NCBI GenBank assembly: GCA_001770655.1
Contig: MERQ01000068.1
Coordinates: 17,621-81,620 of the forward strand
Direction: 5' to 3'
Length of the DNA stretch: 64,000 nt
Origin: Betaproteobacteria bacterium RIFCSPLOWO2_12_FULL_68_20
GTDB taxonomy: Bacteria; Pseudomonadota; Gammaproteobacteria; Burkholderiales; SG8-39
Part shown: positions 22,677-33,282 of the stretch, piece by piece
Layout of the letters: the number at the start of each line of letters is the position of its first letter
How positions within the stretch are numbered: the first letter of the stretch is position 1
The notes under the pieces: model-generated
Databases searched by the model: none
Told to the model about the DNA's origin: nothing
What the model saw: the letters and a program-made list of their open reading frames with translations, nothing else
Translations under genes and position numbers: made by a program

Positions 22677-22806
22677 TGAAGGTTCCGTAACTCGATGTAA
22701 ATACTTGTTTTCTCTCTGTTCGGTCTCCATCGCAATTATTGTTGCCTTGCGCCAACGCGCTCCGTTACCTTGGCTTCACCGATTCGACCCATCGAGAGGA
22801 GCCAGC

Positions 22807-24117
<1,311 letters not shown>

Positions 24118-24124
24118 GGACAGG

Positions 24125-25894
24125 GTGAGCGAGCCGGCGAGGATTCTGCAAGTCCACGCAGCGCGCGCCAGCCTCGCGCAGGAGGTCGCGCGCGTCATCC
24201 TCGCCGGCTTCGACCGGCACTACTGCCTGTTCCGCGAGGCGTCGGTGCGCGCGAAGCTTCTGTACGAGCGCGCCGACTGGGCGGCGATGGGCGAGCTCGC
24301 GCGCGAGCGCATCCAGATGTACGACAAGCGGGTGCAGGAGGCGGTGGACGAGCTGCTCGCGCGCTTCCCGGAGGCAGAGCGCGAAGAGTCGCTGTGGCCG
24401 GCGATCAAGCTCGCCTACATCGGGCTGCTGCACGAGCACCGCCAGCCGGAGTGCGCCGAGACTTTCTACAACTCGGTCGCCTGCCACGTGCTGCACCGGC
24501 GCTACTACCACAACGAGTTCATTTTCTGGCGCCCGGCGGTGGCCACCGAGCATCTCGAGGGCGAGGCGCCGATCTACCGCTGCTACTACCCCTTGCAGCG
24601 GGGCTTGAGGCAAACGCTGCGCGAGGTCGCGGCCAGCTTCCATCTGGCAAATCCCTGGGAGAATCTGCACCGGGACCTGCGCAGCCTGGTGCACGCGCTG
24701 CGCACGCACTTCCCGCGCCCGCTGCGCGTGCGGCCGGACCTGCAGGTGCAGGTGCTCGCGTCTCTGTTCTTCCGCAACAAGGCCGCGTACATCGTCGGCC
24801 GCATCATCAACGCGCAGCGCGAGCTGCCTTTCGTAGTGCCGATCCTGCAGAACGAGCGCGGCGAGCTCTACCTCGACGCGCTGCTGGTGGGCGAAGCCCA
24901 GCTGCTGGTGCTGTTCTCGTTCGCGCGCGCCTACTTCTTCGTCGACATGGAGGTGCCCGCGGCCTACGTCTCGTTCCTGCGCTGGCTGATGCCGAAGAAG
25001 CCGCGCGCCGAGATGTACAACGCGGTCGGCCTCGCCAAGCAGGGCAAGACGCTGTTCTACCGCGACCTGCACTACCACCTGCGGCACTCGTCGGACCGCT
25101 TCGTCGCGGCGCCGGGCATCAAGGGCATGGTGATGCTGGTGTTCACCCTGCCCTCGTTCCCCTACGTGTTCAAGGTGATCCGCGACCGCTTCGCGCCGCC
25201 CAAGGACATCGATCGCCAGACGGTGATGGACAAGTACCTGATGGTGAAACTGCACGACCGCGTCGGGCGCATGGCCGATACGCTCGAGTACTCGCTCGTC
25301 GCGCTGCCGCTGGAGCGCTTCGAGCCGCAGCTGATCGACGAGCTGAAGCGCGAGTGCGCCTCGATCATCGAGTTCGACGGCGACAGCCTCGTGATCGGCC
25401 ACGTCTACATCGAGCGGCGCATGCGGCCGCTCAACATCCACGTCGAGGAGCTCAAGCGCGACGGCGACGAGGCGCGGCTGCGCGGCGTGCTGCTCGAGTA
25501 CGGCGACGCGATCAAGGAGCTCGCCGGCGCCGGAATCTTCCCGGGCGACATGCTGCTCAAGAACTTCGGCGTGACGCGCCACAACCGCGTCGTGTTCTAC
25601 GATTACGACGAGATCGCGACCATGACGGAAGTGGAATTCCGCAGTATCCCCGCTCCGGCGGACTACGCCGAAGAGCTCGCGGCCGAGCCGTACTGGTCGG
25701 TCGGCCCGCACGACGTGTTCCCCGAGCAGTTCGAGCGGTTTCTAGTGGCCGATCCGCGCGCGAGAGAGATTTTCCTCGAGCACCACGCGGATCTGATGGA
25801 CCCGGCGTTCTGGAACGGCAAGCAGGAGCGCATTCGCGCCGGGGTTCTGGAAGACGTGTTCCCCTATCCCGAGGCGCTTCGGTTCCGGCGCTAG
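24125..25894 (+). CDS. aceK: Isocitrate dehydrogenase kinase/phosphatase
   Basis: AETFYNSV, APGIKGMVM, IFPGDMLLKNFGV and VVFYDYDEI motifs. Confidence 0.97.
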   Translation: MSEPARILQVHAARASLAQEVARVILAGFDRHYCLFREASVRAKLLYERADWAAMGELARERIQMYDKRVQEAVDELLARFPEAEREESLWPAIKLAYIGLLHEHRQPECAETFYNSVACHVLHRRYYHNEFIFWRPAVATEHLEGEAPIYRCYYPLQRGLRQTLREVAASFHLANPWENLHRDLRSLVHALRTHFPRPLRVRPDLQVQVLASLFFRNKAAYIVGRIINAQRELPFVVPILQNERGELYLDALLVGEAQLLVLFSFARAYFFVDMEVPAAYVSFLRWLMPKKPRAEMYNAVGLAKQGKTLFYRDLHYHLRHSSDRFVAAPGIKGMVMLVFTLPSFPYVFKVIRDRFAPPKDIDRQTVMDKYLMVKLHDRVGRMADTLEYSLVALPLERFEPQLIDELKRECASIIEFDGDSLVIGHVYIERRMRPLNIHVEELKRDGDEARLRGVLLEYGDAIKELAGAGIFPGDMLLKNFGVTRHNRVVFYDYDEIATMTEVEFRSIPAPADYAEELAAEPYWSVGPHDVFPEQFERFLVADPRAREIFLEHHADLMDPAFWNGKQERIRAGVLEDVFPYPEALRFRR

Positions 25895-26551
25895 CCGCAT
25901 CACCGCGAGCGCGACCAGCGCGTCGAGCGCGCTGTACAGCGCTCCCGCGAGCCCCGGGGGATTGGTGGTGACCAGCGCCATTCCGGGTACCTGCGCATCC
26001 CAGGCCCAGTTCCCGAGCCACGTGCCGTAGAGCTCGAGCGCGAGCGAGAGCAGGAAAGTCGCCGCGAACAGCCTGCGGTGGCGCGGCGCGGCGAGCAACA
26101 GCAGCGCGAGCAGAAGCCCGAGCGCAGCCGCGAGCGTATCGAAGCCGTAGAGCACCGCGACGGCTGCGTACGCGAGTGCGGCGACGAGCACCGCGTTGGC
26201 CGCCGTGAGCGGCATCGCGCGCGCGAGCTGTAGGCCGAGCAGAAGCAGCATCGCGTGCCCCGGCGGCACGAACAGCGGCACGTTGCCGAGCCGGTAGGTG
26301 TAAAGGCCCCACACGAGCGACAGAAAGAGCTCGCCTGCCGTCGCGATCGCCAGGCAGAAGAAGAACGGCAGCCGCTCGCCGGGCGCAAGGCGCGCGAGCA
26401 GCGCGAGCAGCACCGCCCAGCACGCGGCGCCGATCGCGACCTGGCCGGGAAGCTCGCTTCTCACGTCCACCCAGAGCCCGCCCGCGAGCGTTCCCGCCAC
26501 CAGCAGGATTGCCCCCCGGCCGAGGCGCAGCGGACCGATCAGCCGCTCCAC
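25742..26551 (-). CDS. Hypothetical multi-pass membrane protein
   Basis: About 7 TM segments; WGLYTYRLGNVPLFVPPGH and LELYGTWLGNWAW motifs; the 3' end overlaps aceK and is uncertain. Confidence 0.75.
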   Translation of the reverse strand: MERLIGPLRLGRGAILLVAGTLAGGLWVDVRSELPGQVAIGAACWAVLLALLARLAPGERLPFFFCLAIATAGELFLSLVWGLYTYRLGNVPLFVPPGHAMLLLLGLQLARAMPLTAANAVLVAALAYAAVAVLYGFDTLAAALGLLLALLLLAAPRHRRLFAATFLLSLALELYGTWLGNWAWDAQVPGMALVTTNPPGLAGALYSALDALVALAVMRLAPEPKRLGIGEHVFQNPGANALLLAVPERRVHQIRVVLEENLSRARIGH

Positions 26552-26826
26552 AGCGCCTCCGGGCCGCGCGCGGCGCCCGTCACCGCCACGCGCTTCGTGC
26601 GCGAGCGCTCCCCGGCCACGATGGTGACGTTGCGCCTCGCAGTTCCGAGGATTTCGGAGAGAAAGCGCACCAGCTCTTCATTGGCACGACCTTCGGTGGC
26701 GCGCGCGGCGAGCCTCAGCTTGAGCCGATCGCCGTGCAGGCCCGCTACCTCGGTGCGCCTCGCGCCCGGCTGCACGTGCAGCTCGAGCACGAGCCGCGCG
26801 CCGTCGCGCCGGTAGAACGCGCTCAC
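26539..26826 (-). CDS. yggU: DUF167 / YggU family protein
   Basis: LHVQPGA, EGRANEEL and GERSRTK motifs. Confidence 0.88.
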   Translation of the reverse strand: MSAFYRRDGARLVLELHVQPGARRTEVAGLHGDRLKLRLAARATEGRANEELVRFLSEILGTARRNVTIVAGERSRTKRVAVTGAARGPEALWSG

Positions 26827-27389
26827 CCGAGTCCGCCCGCCCAGGCGCGCAGGTGCCCGACCGGAATCAGCAGCACCTGCACCAGCACGAGCAGGATGAG
26901 CGGCGTGACGTCGACGTTGCCGATGGGCGGGACGACGCGCCGCAGCGGCCGCAGGAACGGCCGCGTGAGCGCGTCGAACACCGGCGCGAGCGGCGCGTAC
27001 GGGTTCACCCAGGACATGACCGCCTGTACGATCACCGCGACAGAAAGGATGTACAGGCTGTAGCGCAGCAGGTCGACGACCGCGGCCGCGAGCAGCGGCA
27101 CGAGGGCGAGGCCCGGGGCGCCGTCCGCGCCCGCGAGCGCCGCGACCGCCCAGAGCCCCGCCGCCTGCGCCACCCATGCCGCGACGAGGGTGGCGAGATC
27201 GAGCCCGGCGAGTGTGGGGATGACGCGCCGCGCCGGCGCCACGATCCAGTTGGTGGTCGCGACGACGAATTCCCCGACCGGGTTGCGAAATGGCACCCGC
27301 AGCCACTGGAAGTGGAAGCGCGCCAGCAGCAGGTACACGAAGAACGCGACCACGGTATCGACCAGCAGAAGGACGATCTGGGAGAGCAT
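26823..27389 (-). CDS. yggT: YggT family membrane protein
   Basis: Two YGGT repeats; SWVNP..P, LTRPFLRPLRR and DVTPL motifs. Confidence 0.9.
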   Translation of the reverse strand: MLSQIVLLLVDTVVAFFVYLLLARFHFQWLRVPFRNPVGEFVVATTNWIVAPARRVIPTLAGLDLATLVAAWVAQAAGLWAVAALAGADGAPGLALVPLLAAAVVDLLRYSLYILSVAVIVQAVMSWVNPYAPLAPVFDALTRPFLRPLRRVVPPIGNVDVTPLILLVLVQVLLIPVGHLRAWAGGLG

Positions 27390-28202
27390 TCAGTCCTTGC
27401 CCAGGGAATCGCCCAGCTCGGCGCCGCGCCGGCTCGCGGCCTGCAGCGCGCGCATGAAGCGCTCGGCGAGCCGCTCTTCCTCGAACACGCGCAGCGCCGC
27501 CTCGGTGGTGCCGCCTTTCGAAGTCACGCGCTCGCGCAGAACGCCCGGGGCCTCTGCGCTCTGCGCCGCGAGCTTCGCCGCGCCGAGCACGGTGTGAAGG
27601 GCGAGCTTGCGGGACACCTCGGGCGCGAGTCCGAGCCGCTCGCCCGCGGCGGCGAGCTGCTCGATGAACCAGAACACGTATGCGGGTCCCGAGCCCGAGA
27701 TCGCGGTCACCGGATCGAGCAGCCGCTCCTCGGGCACCCACACCACCTCGCCCACCGCGCCGAGAATCGCTTCGGCGCGGGCCCGCTCCTCCGCGCTCAC
27801 TTCGGGAAGCGCGTACAGGCCGGCGATGCCGGCGCCGATCAGCGCGGGCGTGTTCGGCATGCAGCGCACCAGCTTGCGGTGCCCCTCGAGCCAGCGCGAG
27901 AGCGCATCCAGCCGCACGCCCGCCGCGATGCTGACCACGAGCTTGCCGCGCACGCTGCCGGCGAGCGAGGCAAGCGCGGAACGCATGTCCTGCGGCTTCA
28001 CTGCGAGCACCAGCGTTCCGGCGGCCTGGGTTGCGGCGTCGGGCGCCGTGCTCACGCGCACATGGTGCTGCGCCGCAAGCCGCTCGCGCGCTGCCGGGCT
28101 CACGTCGATTGCGGTGATCGAGCGCGGATCGTGGCCCTTGGCGATCAAACCGCCGATCAGCGCGCCCGCCATGTTGCCGCCGCCGAGGAAGGCGATTTTC
28201 AC
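27390..28202 (-). CDS. proC: Pyrroline-5-carboxylate reductase
   Basis: IAFLGGGNM, RCMPNTP, SGSGPAY and VTSKGGTT motifs. Confidence 0.96.
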   Translation of the reverse strand: MKIAFLGGGNMAGALIGGLIAKGHDPRSITAIDVSPAARERLAAQHHVRVSTAPDAATQAAGTLVLAVKPQDMRSALASLAGSVRGKLVVSIAAGVRLDALSRWLEGHRKLVRCMPNTPALIGAGIAGLYALPEVSAEERARAEAILGAVGEVVWVPEERLLDPVTAISGSGPAYVFWFIEQLAAAGERLGLAPEVSRKLALHTVLGAAKLAAQSAEAPGVLRERVTSKGGTTEAALRVFEEERLAERFMRALQAASRRGAELGDSLGKD

Positions 28203-28897
28203 GCGGCGCCTCGCACCGATGCCCGAGCGCCGAAAATTGCCGTGCCGATGCGCACCAGCGTCGCGCCTTCCGCGATGGCCGATTCCATGTCGTCCGACAT
28301 CCCCATGGAGAGCGTGTCGAGCTCGAACCCTGCGCCGCGCAATCTCTCGAAGATCTCCCGCACCTGCCTGAAGCGCGCCCTCTGCAGCCCGACATCCGGG
28401 GTGGCCTCCGGGACCGCCATCAGGCCGCGCAGGCGCAAATTAGCCAGCGTCGCGATCGACCGCGCCAGGGCGGGAATCTCTCCGGCGCTCACCCCGCTCT
28501 TGGAGCGCTCGCCGGAAACATTGAGCTGGATGAGGACATTGAGCTCGCCGAGCCCGGCGGGGCGCTGCTCGGAGAGGCGGCGCGCGATTTTCTCGCGCTC
28601 GAGGGTATGCACCCAGTCGAAGCGCTCGGCGACGGGCCGCGTCTTGTTCGACTGAAGCGGTCCGATCAGGTGCCATTCCAGCGGCAAGCCGAGCGCGTCC
28701 ATTTTTTCCAGCGCCTCCTGGACGTAATTCTCCCCGAAGGCCTTCTGGCCCGCGGCGTGCGCCTCGCGCACCAGCGACGGTGGGTGAGTCTTGGACACCG
28801 CGACGAGCGCGACCGAAGACGAGTCGCGCTGCGCCGCCGCCGCGGCGCGCGCGATGCGGTCTTTCACGGCTTGCAGGTTGTCGGTAATTGTTGCCAT
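28199..28897 (-). CDS. yggS: PLP homeostasis protein YggS
   Basis: LVAVSKT, FGENYVQE, WHLIGPLQSNK and LSMGMSDD motifs. Confidence 0.95.
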   Translation of the reverse strand: MATITDNLQAVKDRIARAAAAAQRDSSSVALVAVSKTHPPSLVREAHAAGQKAFGENYVQEALEKMDALGLPLEWHLIGPLQSNKTRPVAERFDWVHTLEREKIARRLSEQRPAGLGELNVLIQLNVSGERSKSGVSAGEIPALARSIATLANLRLRGLMAVPEATPDVGLQRARFRQVREIFERLRGAGFELDTLSMGMSDDMESAIAEGATLVRIGTAIFGARASVRGAA

Positions 28898-28956
28898 AAT
28901 TGCCTGAAACGCTGCGGGAATTCTCCTCATGCCCCGCAACGACCGGGAGGATTGTA

Positions 28957-30000
28957 ATGGATCTCACCGAGCTGCTCGCCTTCGTCGTCAAGAACAAGGC
29001 CTCCGACCTGCATCTTTCCTCGGGTCTGCCGCCCATGATCCGGGTGCACGGCGACGTGCGCCGGATCAACGTGCCCGCCATGGAGCACAAGGACGTGCAC
29101 TCGATGATCTACGACATCATGAACGACGGGCAGAGGAAGTTCTACGAGGAGAACCTCGAGTGCGACTTCTCGTTCGCGGTGCCGAACCTGGCGCGCTTCC
29201 GCGTCAACGCCTTCGTGCAGAACCGCGGCGCCGCGGCGGTGATGCGGACCATCCCCTCGAAGATCCTGTCGCTCGAGGACCTGAAGGCGCCGAAGATCTT
29301 CGCCGAGCTCGCCGACCAGCCGCGCGGCGTGGTGCTGGTGACCGGACCGACGGGCTCGGGCAAGTCGACCACCCTCGCCGCGATGGTCAACCACAAGAAC
29401 GAGAGCGAGCAGGGCCACATCCTGACCATCGAGGACCCGATCGAGTTCGTGCACGAATCGAAGAAGTGCCTGATCAACCAACGCGAGGTCGGACCGCACA
29501 CGCTCTCCTTCGCCAACGCGCTCAGGAGCGCGCTGCGCGAGGACCCGGACGTGATCCTGGTGGGCGAGATGCGCGACCTGGAGACCATCCGCCTCGCGCT
29601 CTCGGGCGCGGAGACCGGACACCTGGTGTTCGGCACGCTGCATACGTCCTCCGCCGCCAAGACCATCGACCGCATCGTCGACGTGTTCCCGGCGGCCGAA
29701 AAGGAAATGATCCGCGCCATGATCTCCGAGTCGATACGCGCCATCATTGCGCAGACGCTTTGCAAGACCAAGGACGGCTCGGGGCGCGTCGCCGCGCACG
29801 AGATCATGGTCGGCACTCCCGCGATCCGCAACCTCATCCGCGAGAACAAGATCGCCCAGATGTACTCCGCGATCCAGACCGGGCGCCAGATCGGCATGCA
29901 GACGCTCGACCAGAACCTGCAGGAGCTGGTGCAGAGAAACGTCATTTCGTCCGCCGAGGCGCGCAGCAAGGCCGCGAACAAAGACAACTTTCCGGGGTAA
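28957..30000 (+). CDS. pilT: Type IV pilus retraction ATPase PilT
   Basis: ASDLHLS, GPTGSGKSTT, LREDPD and AIRNLIRE motifs. Confidence 0.97.
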   Translation: MDLTELLAFVVKNKASDLHLSSGLPPMIRVHGDVRRINVPAMEHKDVHSMIYDIMNDGQRKFYEENLECDFSFAVPNLARFRVNAFVQNRGAAAVMRTIPSKILSLEDLKAPKIFAELADQPRGVVLVTGPTGSGKSTTLAAMVNHKNESEQGHILTIEDPIEFVHESKKCLINQREVGPHTLSFANALRSALREDPDVILVGEMRDLETIRLALSGAETGHLVFGTLHTSSAAKTIDRIVDVFPAAEKEMIRAMISESIRAIIAQTLCKTKDGSGRVAAHEIMVGTPAIRNLIRENKIAQMYSAIQTGRQIGMQTLDQNLQELVQRNVISSAEARSKAANKDNFPG

Positions 30001-30005
30001 CAGCC

Positions 30006-31142
30006 ATGGAACGCGAACAAGCCACCAAGTTCATCTACGACCTGCTTCGCGCGCTGATCGCGAAGAAGGGCTCGGACCTCTTCATCACCGCGGGCTTTCC
30101 GCCGGCGATGAAGATCGACGGCAAGATGACCCCGGTGTCGCAGCAGGCGCTCACCGCCCAGCACACCGGGATGCTGGTGCGCTCGGTGATGAACGACAAG
30201 CAGGCCGCGGAGTTCGAGGCGCACAAGGAGTGCAACTTCGCCATCAATCCCGCGAGCATCGGGCGTTTCCGCGTCAACTGCTTCGTGCAGATGGGGAACG
30301 TCGGCATGGTGCTGCGCGTGATCACCACCACCATCCCGAGCTTCGACGACCTGAAGCTCCCCGCCGTGCTGAAGGACGTGGCGATGACCAAGCGGGGGCT
30401 GGTCATCTTCGTCGGCGGCACCGGCTCGGGGAAATCCACCTCGCTCGCGGCCATGATCGGCTACCGGAACGAAAATTCCCATGGGCACATCATCACCATC
30501 GAGGACCCGGTCGAGTACGTGCATCCGCACAAGAACTGCCTGATCACGCAGCGCGAGGTCGGCGTGGACACCGAGTCCTGGGAGGCGGCGCTCAAGAACA
30601 CCCTGCGCCAGGCGCCCGACGTGATCCTGATCGGCGAGATCCGCGAGCGCGAGGTGATGGAGCACGCGGTGGCTTTCGCCGAAACCGGACACCTGGCGCT
30701 GGGAACGCTGCACGCCAACAACTCCAACCAGGCGATGGATCGCATCATCAACTTCTTCCCCGAGGAGCGGCGCCAGCAGCTGCTGATGGACCTGTCGTTG
30801 AACCTCAAGGCGGTGATCTCGCAGCGCCTGATCCCGGTGAAGGAAGGCAAGGGACGCGCCGCCGCGGTCGAAGTGCTGCTCAACTCCCCGCTCATCTCGG
30901 ACCTCATCTTCAAGGGCGAGATCCACGAGATCAAGGAGATCATGAAGAAGTCGAGGGAGCTGGGCATGCAGACCTTCGACCAGGCGCTGTTCGACCTCTA
31001 CGAGGGCGGGCGCATCGGCTACGAGGACGCGCTGCGCTTCGCCGATTCCACCAACGAGGTGCGCCTCGCCATCAAGCTGCACGGGAAAGAGGCCAAGGAC
31101 AAGGACCTCACCAAGGGCATCGAGCACCTCGATATCGTCTGA
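30006..31142 (+). CDS. pilU: Type IV pilus ATPase PilU
   Basis: GSDLFIT, GGTGSGKSTS, LRQAPDVILIGE and GMQTFDQ motifs. Confidence 0.95.
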   Translation: MEREQATKFIYDLLRALIAKKGSDLFITAGFPPAMKIDGKMTPVSQQALTAQHTGMLVRSVMNDKQAAEFEAHKECNFAINPASIGRFRVNCFVQMGNVGMVLRVITTTIPSFDDLKLPAVLKDVAMTKRGLVIFVGGTGSGKSTSLAAMIGYRNENSHGHIITIEDPVEYVHPHKNCLITQREVGVDTESWEAALKNTLRQAPDVILIGEIREREVMEHAVAFAETGHLALGTLHANNSNQAMDRIINFFPEERRQQLLMDLSLNLKAVISQRLIPVKEGKGRAAAVEVLLNSPLISDLIFKGEIHEIKEIMKKSRELGMQTFDQALFDLYEGGRIGYEDALRFADSTNEVRLAIKLHGKEAKDKDLTKGIEHLDIV

Positions 31143-31163
31143 TGCTTCGTTGAAGACCACGAA

Positions 31164-31192
31164 CGGGGCGCGCGAGCGCCCCTTTTCTTTTG
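31164..31192 (+). terminator. Rho-independent terminator after pilU
   Basis: GGGGCGC-gcga-GCGCCCC followed by TTTTCTTTT. Confidence 0.85.
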
Positions 31193-31205
31193 CGCGGGAG
31201 GGGAA

Positions 31206-31733
31206 ATGAAAGCTCTGGCAGTCACGCTCGGAGCGCTCGCCGCGGTGGCAACCTACGCCGCCACCTACGCGATTTTCGCCGCCGGAAAGGAGGGCTCGCC
31301 GGGATTCTTCGGTCCGGGCGTGCTGGTCGCGGACGTAAACCTCGCGCTCGAGATCGTGCTGGTGCTCGGGTTGACGGTCGGCTTCGGGCTCGCGCGTGCC
31401 GGCCGCATCGAAGCTCATCGCGTGAATCAGACCGTGTGGGCGCTCGTCAATGCCGCGCTGGTCGCGGCGATCATGTTCGGCTCGATGCAGGACGTGAAGC
31501 TATCGAGCGCCGGCGATCTCGCCGACGCGAGAATCGGCATCACTTGGCTGCACGCGGCGATCGGCACGCTCACGCTCATCGCCGGGCTGTGGCTGGTGCT
31601 GCAGATGAACGACATCCTGCCGAAGCCGCTGCACGTCAGTTGGTGGAAGAACCTGATGCGGGCGACGCTCGCCGGCTATTGGGCGGTGGCGCTGCTCGGA
31701 ATCGCGACCTACTACTTCTGGTACGCGGGGTGA
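31206..31733 (+). CDS. DUF420-like membrane protein
   Basis: About 5 TM segments with His at IEAHR and WLHAAIG, and a terminal GIATYY; SD GGAGG. Confidence 0.65.
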   Translation: MKALAVTLGALAAVATYAATYAIFAAGKEGSPGFFGPGVLVADVNLALEIVLVLGLTVGFGLARAGRIEAHRVNQTVWALVNAALVAAIMFGSMQDVKLSSAGDLADARIGITWLHAAIGTLTLIAGLWLVLQMNDILPKPLHVSWWKNLMRATLAGYWAVALLGIATYYFWYAG

Positions 31734-32884
31734 TCCGGCCGCTTGCGGTGGCTGCCGGCGACGATCTCGAACTCGTAGAGCCGGCACTCGAGCGCGCCGT
31801 TGTAGAGCGGCGTGCGGCGCGAGGGCTCGAGGCGGATCAGCTTCGGCAGCCGCAGGTCGGCGGTGAAGAGGTAGCAGCGCCAGCCGGCGAAACGTCGCTT
31901 CAGCGCGTCGCCGAGCGCCGGGTAGAAGCGCGCGAGCTCGTCTTTCGAGCCGATGCGCTCGCCGTAGGGCGGGTTGGCGATCAGCACCCCCGAGCTCGCG
32001 GGAGCTGAACGCTCGAGCACGTCCGCGCGCTCGAGCCTCACCCAGCGCTCGACGCCCGCCTCGGCGAGATTGCGGCGGGCGGCGTCAAGGGCCTTGGGCT
32101 CGGTGTCGCTGCCGTAGAGCTCACAGTTGGGTGCAGCGGGCTTGGTCTCGCTCCTGACGGTCGTCCACAGCTCCGAATCGAAATTCCTCAACTTCTCGAA
32201 CCCGAAACCCCGCTTCGCGCCGGGAGCGCGGCCGCGCGCCATCGCAGCCGCCTCTACCAGCAGCGTTCCCCCGCCGCACATCGGGTCGAGCAGCGGCTCC
32301 TCCGGCCGCCAGCCCGAAAGCATCACGATGCCCGCGGCGAGGTTCTCGCGCAGCGGCGCCTCGGCCTCGCCCGCGCGCCAGCCGCGCTTGAACAGCGGCT
32401 CGCCCGAAGTGTCGAGATACAAGACGCCGCGGTCGTGCTCGAGAAATGCGTGCACCCGCACGTCGGGGCTCACCCGCTCGACATCCGGCCGGCGGCCGGT
32501 CGCTTCGCGAAAGCGGTCGCACACCGCGTCTTTGATGCGCAACGTGGCGAATTCCAGGCTTTTGAGCGGGCTCTTTTGCGCGGTGACGTTGACGCGGATC
32601 GTGCGCTCGACGGAGAAATACGATGGCCAGTCGAGCTGCTTCGCCGCCTCGTACATATCGTTTTCGTCCGCGTAGGCGAAGTCCCCGATTTTCCAGAGTA
32701 TCCGCGAGGCAAGCCTGGACCACAGGTTCGCCCGGTAGCAGGTCTCGAAGGAGCCGGAGAAGAGCACACCGCCAGGAGCCGGCGCCTGCGTCTTTGCCCC
32801 GAGCGAATCTAACTCGCGAGCGAGCAGCGCCTCCAGGCCGCGCGGGCAGCTGGCGAAGAACCGCTCAGAACGGCTTGAAGACAA
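31712..32884 (-). CDS. THUMP-domain rRNA m2G methyltransferase (RlmL-like, single domain)
   Basis: FFASCPRGLE, LFKRGWR, APLRENLAA, DPMCGGGT and NPPYGER motifs. Confidence 0.92.
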   Translation of the reverse strand: MSSSRSERFFASCPRGLEALLARELDSLGAKTQAPAPGGVLFSGSFETCYRANLWSRLASRILWKIGDFAYADENDMYEAAKQLDWPSYFSVERTIRVNVTAQKSPLKSLEFATLRIKDAVCDRFREATGRRPDVERVSPDVRVHAFLEHDRGVLYLDTSGEPLFKRGWRAGEAEAPLRENLAAGIVMLSGWRPEEPLLDPMCGGGTLLVEAAAMARGRAPGAKRGFGFEKLRNFDSELWTTVRSETKPAAPNCELYGSDTEPKALDAARRNLAEAGVERWVRLERADVLERSAPASSGVLIANPPYGERIGSKDELARFYPALGDALKRRFAGWRCYLFTADLRLPKLIRLEPSRRTPLYNGALECRLYEFEIVAGSHRKRPDHPAYQK

Positions 32885-33281
32885 CCAGGAACACCACGGC
32901 GAAGAGCACCAGCGTGGGAAACTCGTTGAACCAGCGGAACCAGACGTGGCTCTTCGTGCTGCGCCCGGCGGCGAAATCGCGCATCAGCCGCCAGCACCAC
33001 AGGTGATAGCCGACGAGGATCGCGACCAGCGCGACCTTGGCGTGGAACCAGCTTCCAGCGCCGCGGAACCAGCCGAGCCACAGCCAGGTTCCGAGCACGA
33101 CCGTCAGCACCGCGCCCGGGGTCATGATGCCCCAAAAGAGCTTGCGCTCCATCAGCTTGAACCGCTCGAGCGAGAGCGGGTCGCTCGCCTGCGCGTGGTA
33201 GACGAACAGCCGCGGCAGGTAAAAAAGCCCTGCGAACCAGGTCACCATGAACACGATGTGCAGCGCCTTGACCCAAAGCAT
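32865..33281 (-). CDS. hemJ: Protoporphyrinogen oxidase HemJ (CopD family)
   Basis: WVKALHI, WFAGLFYLPRLFVYHA and FRWFNEFP motifs. Confidence 0.93.
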   Translation of the reverse strand: MLWVKALHIVFMVTWFAGLFYLPRLFVYHAQASDPLSLERFKLMERKLFWGIMTPGAVLTVVLGTWLWLGWFRGAGSWFHAKVALVAILVGYHLWCWRLMRDFAAGRSTKSHVWFRWFNEFPTLVLFAVVFLVVFKPF

Positions 33282-33282
33282 G

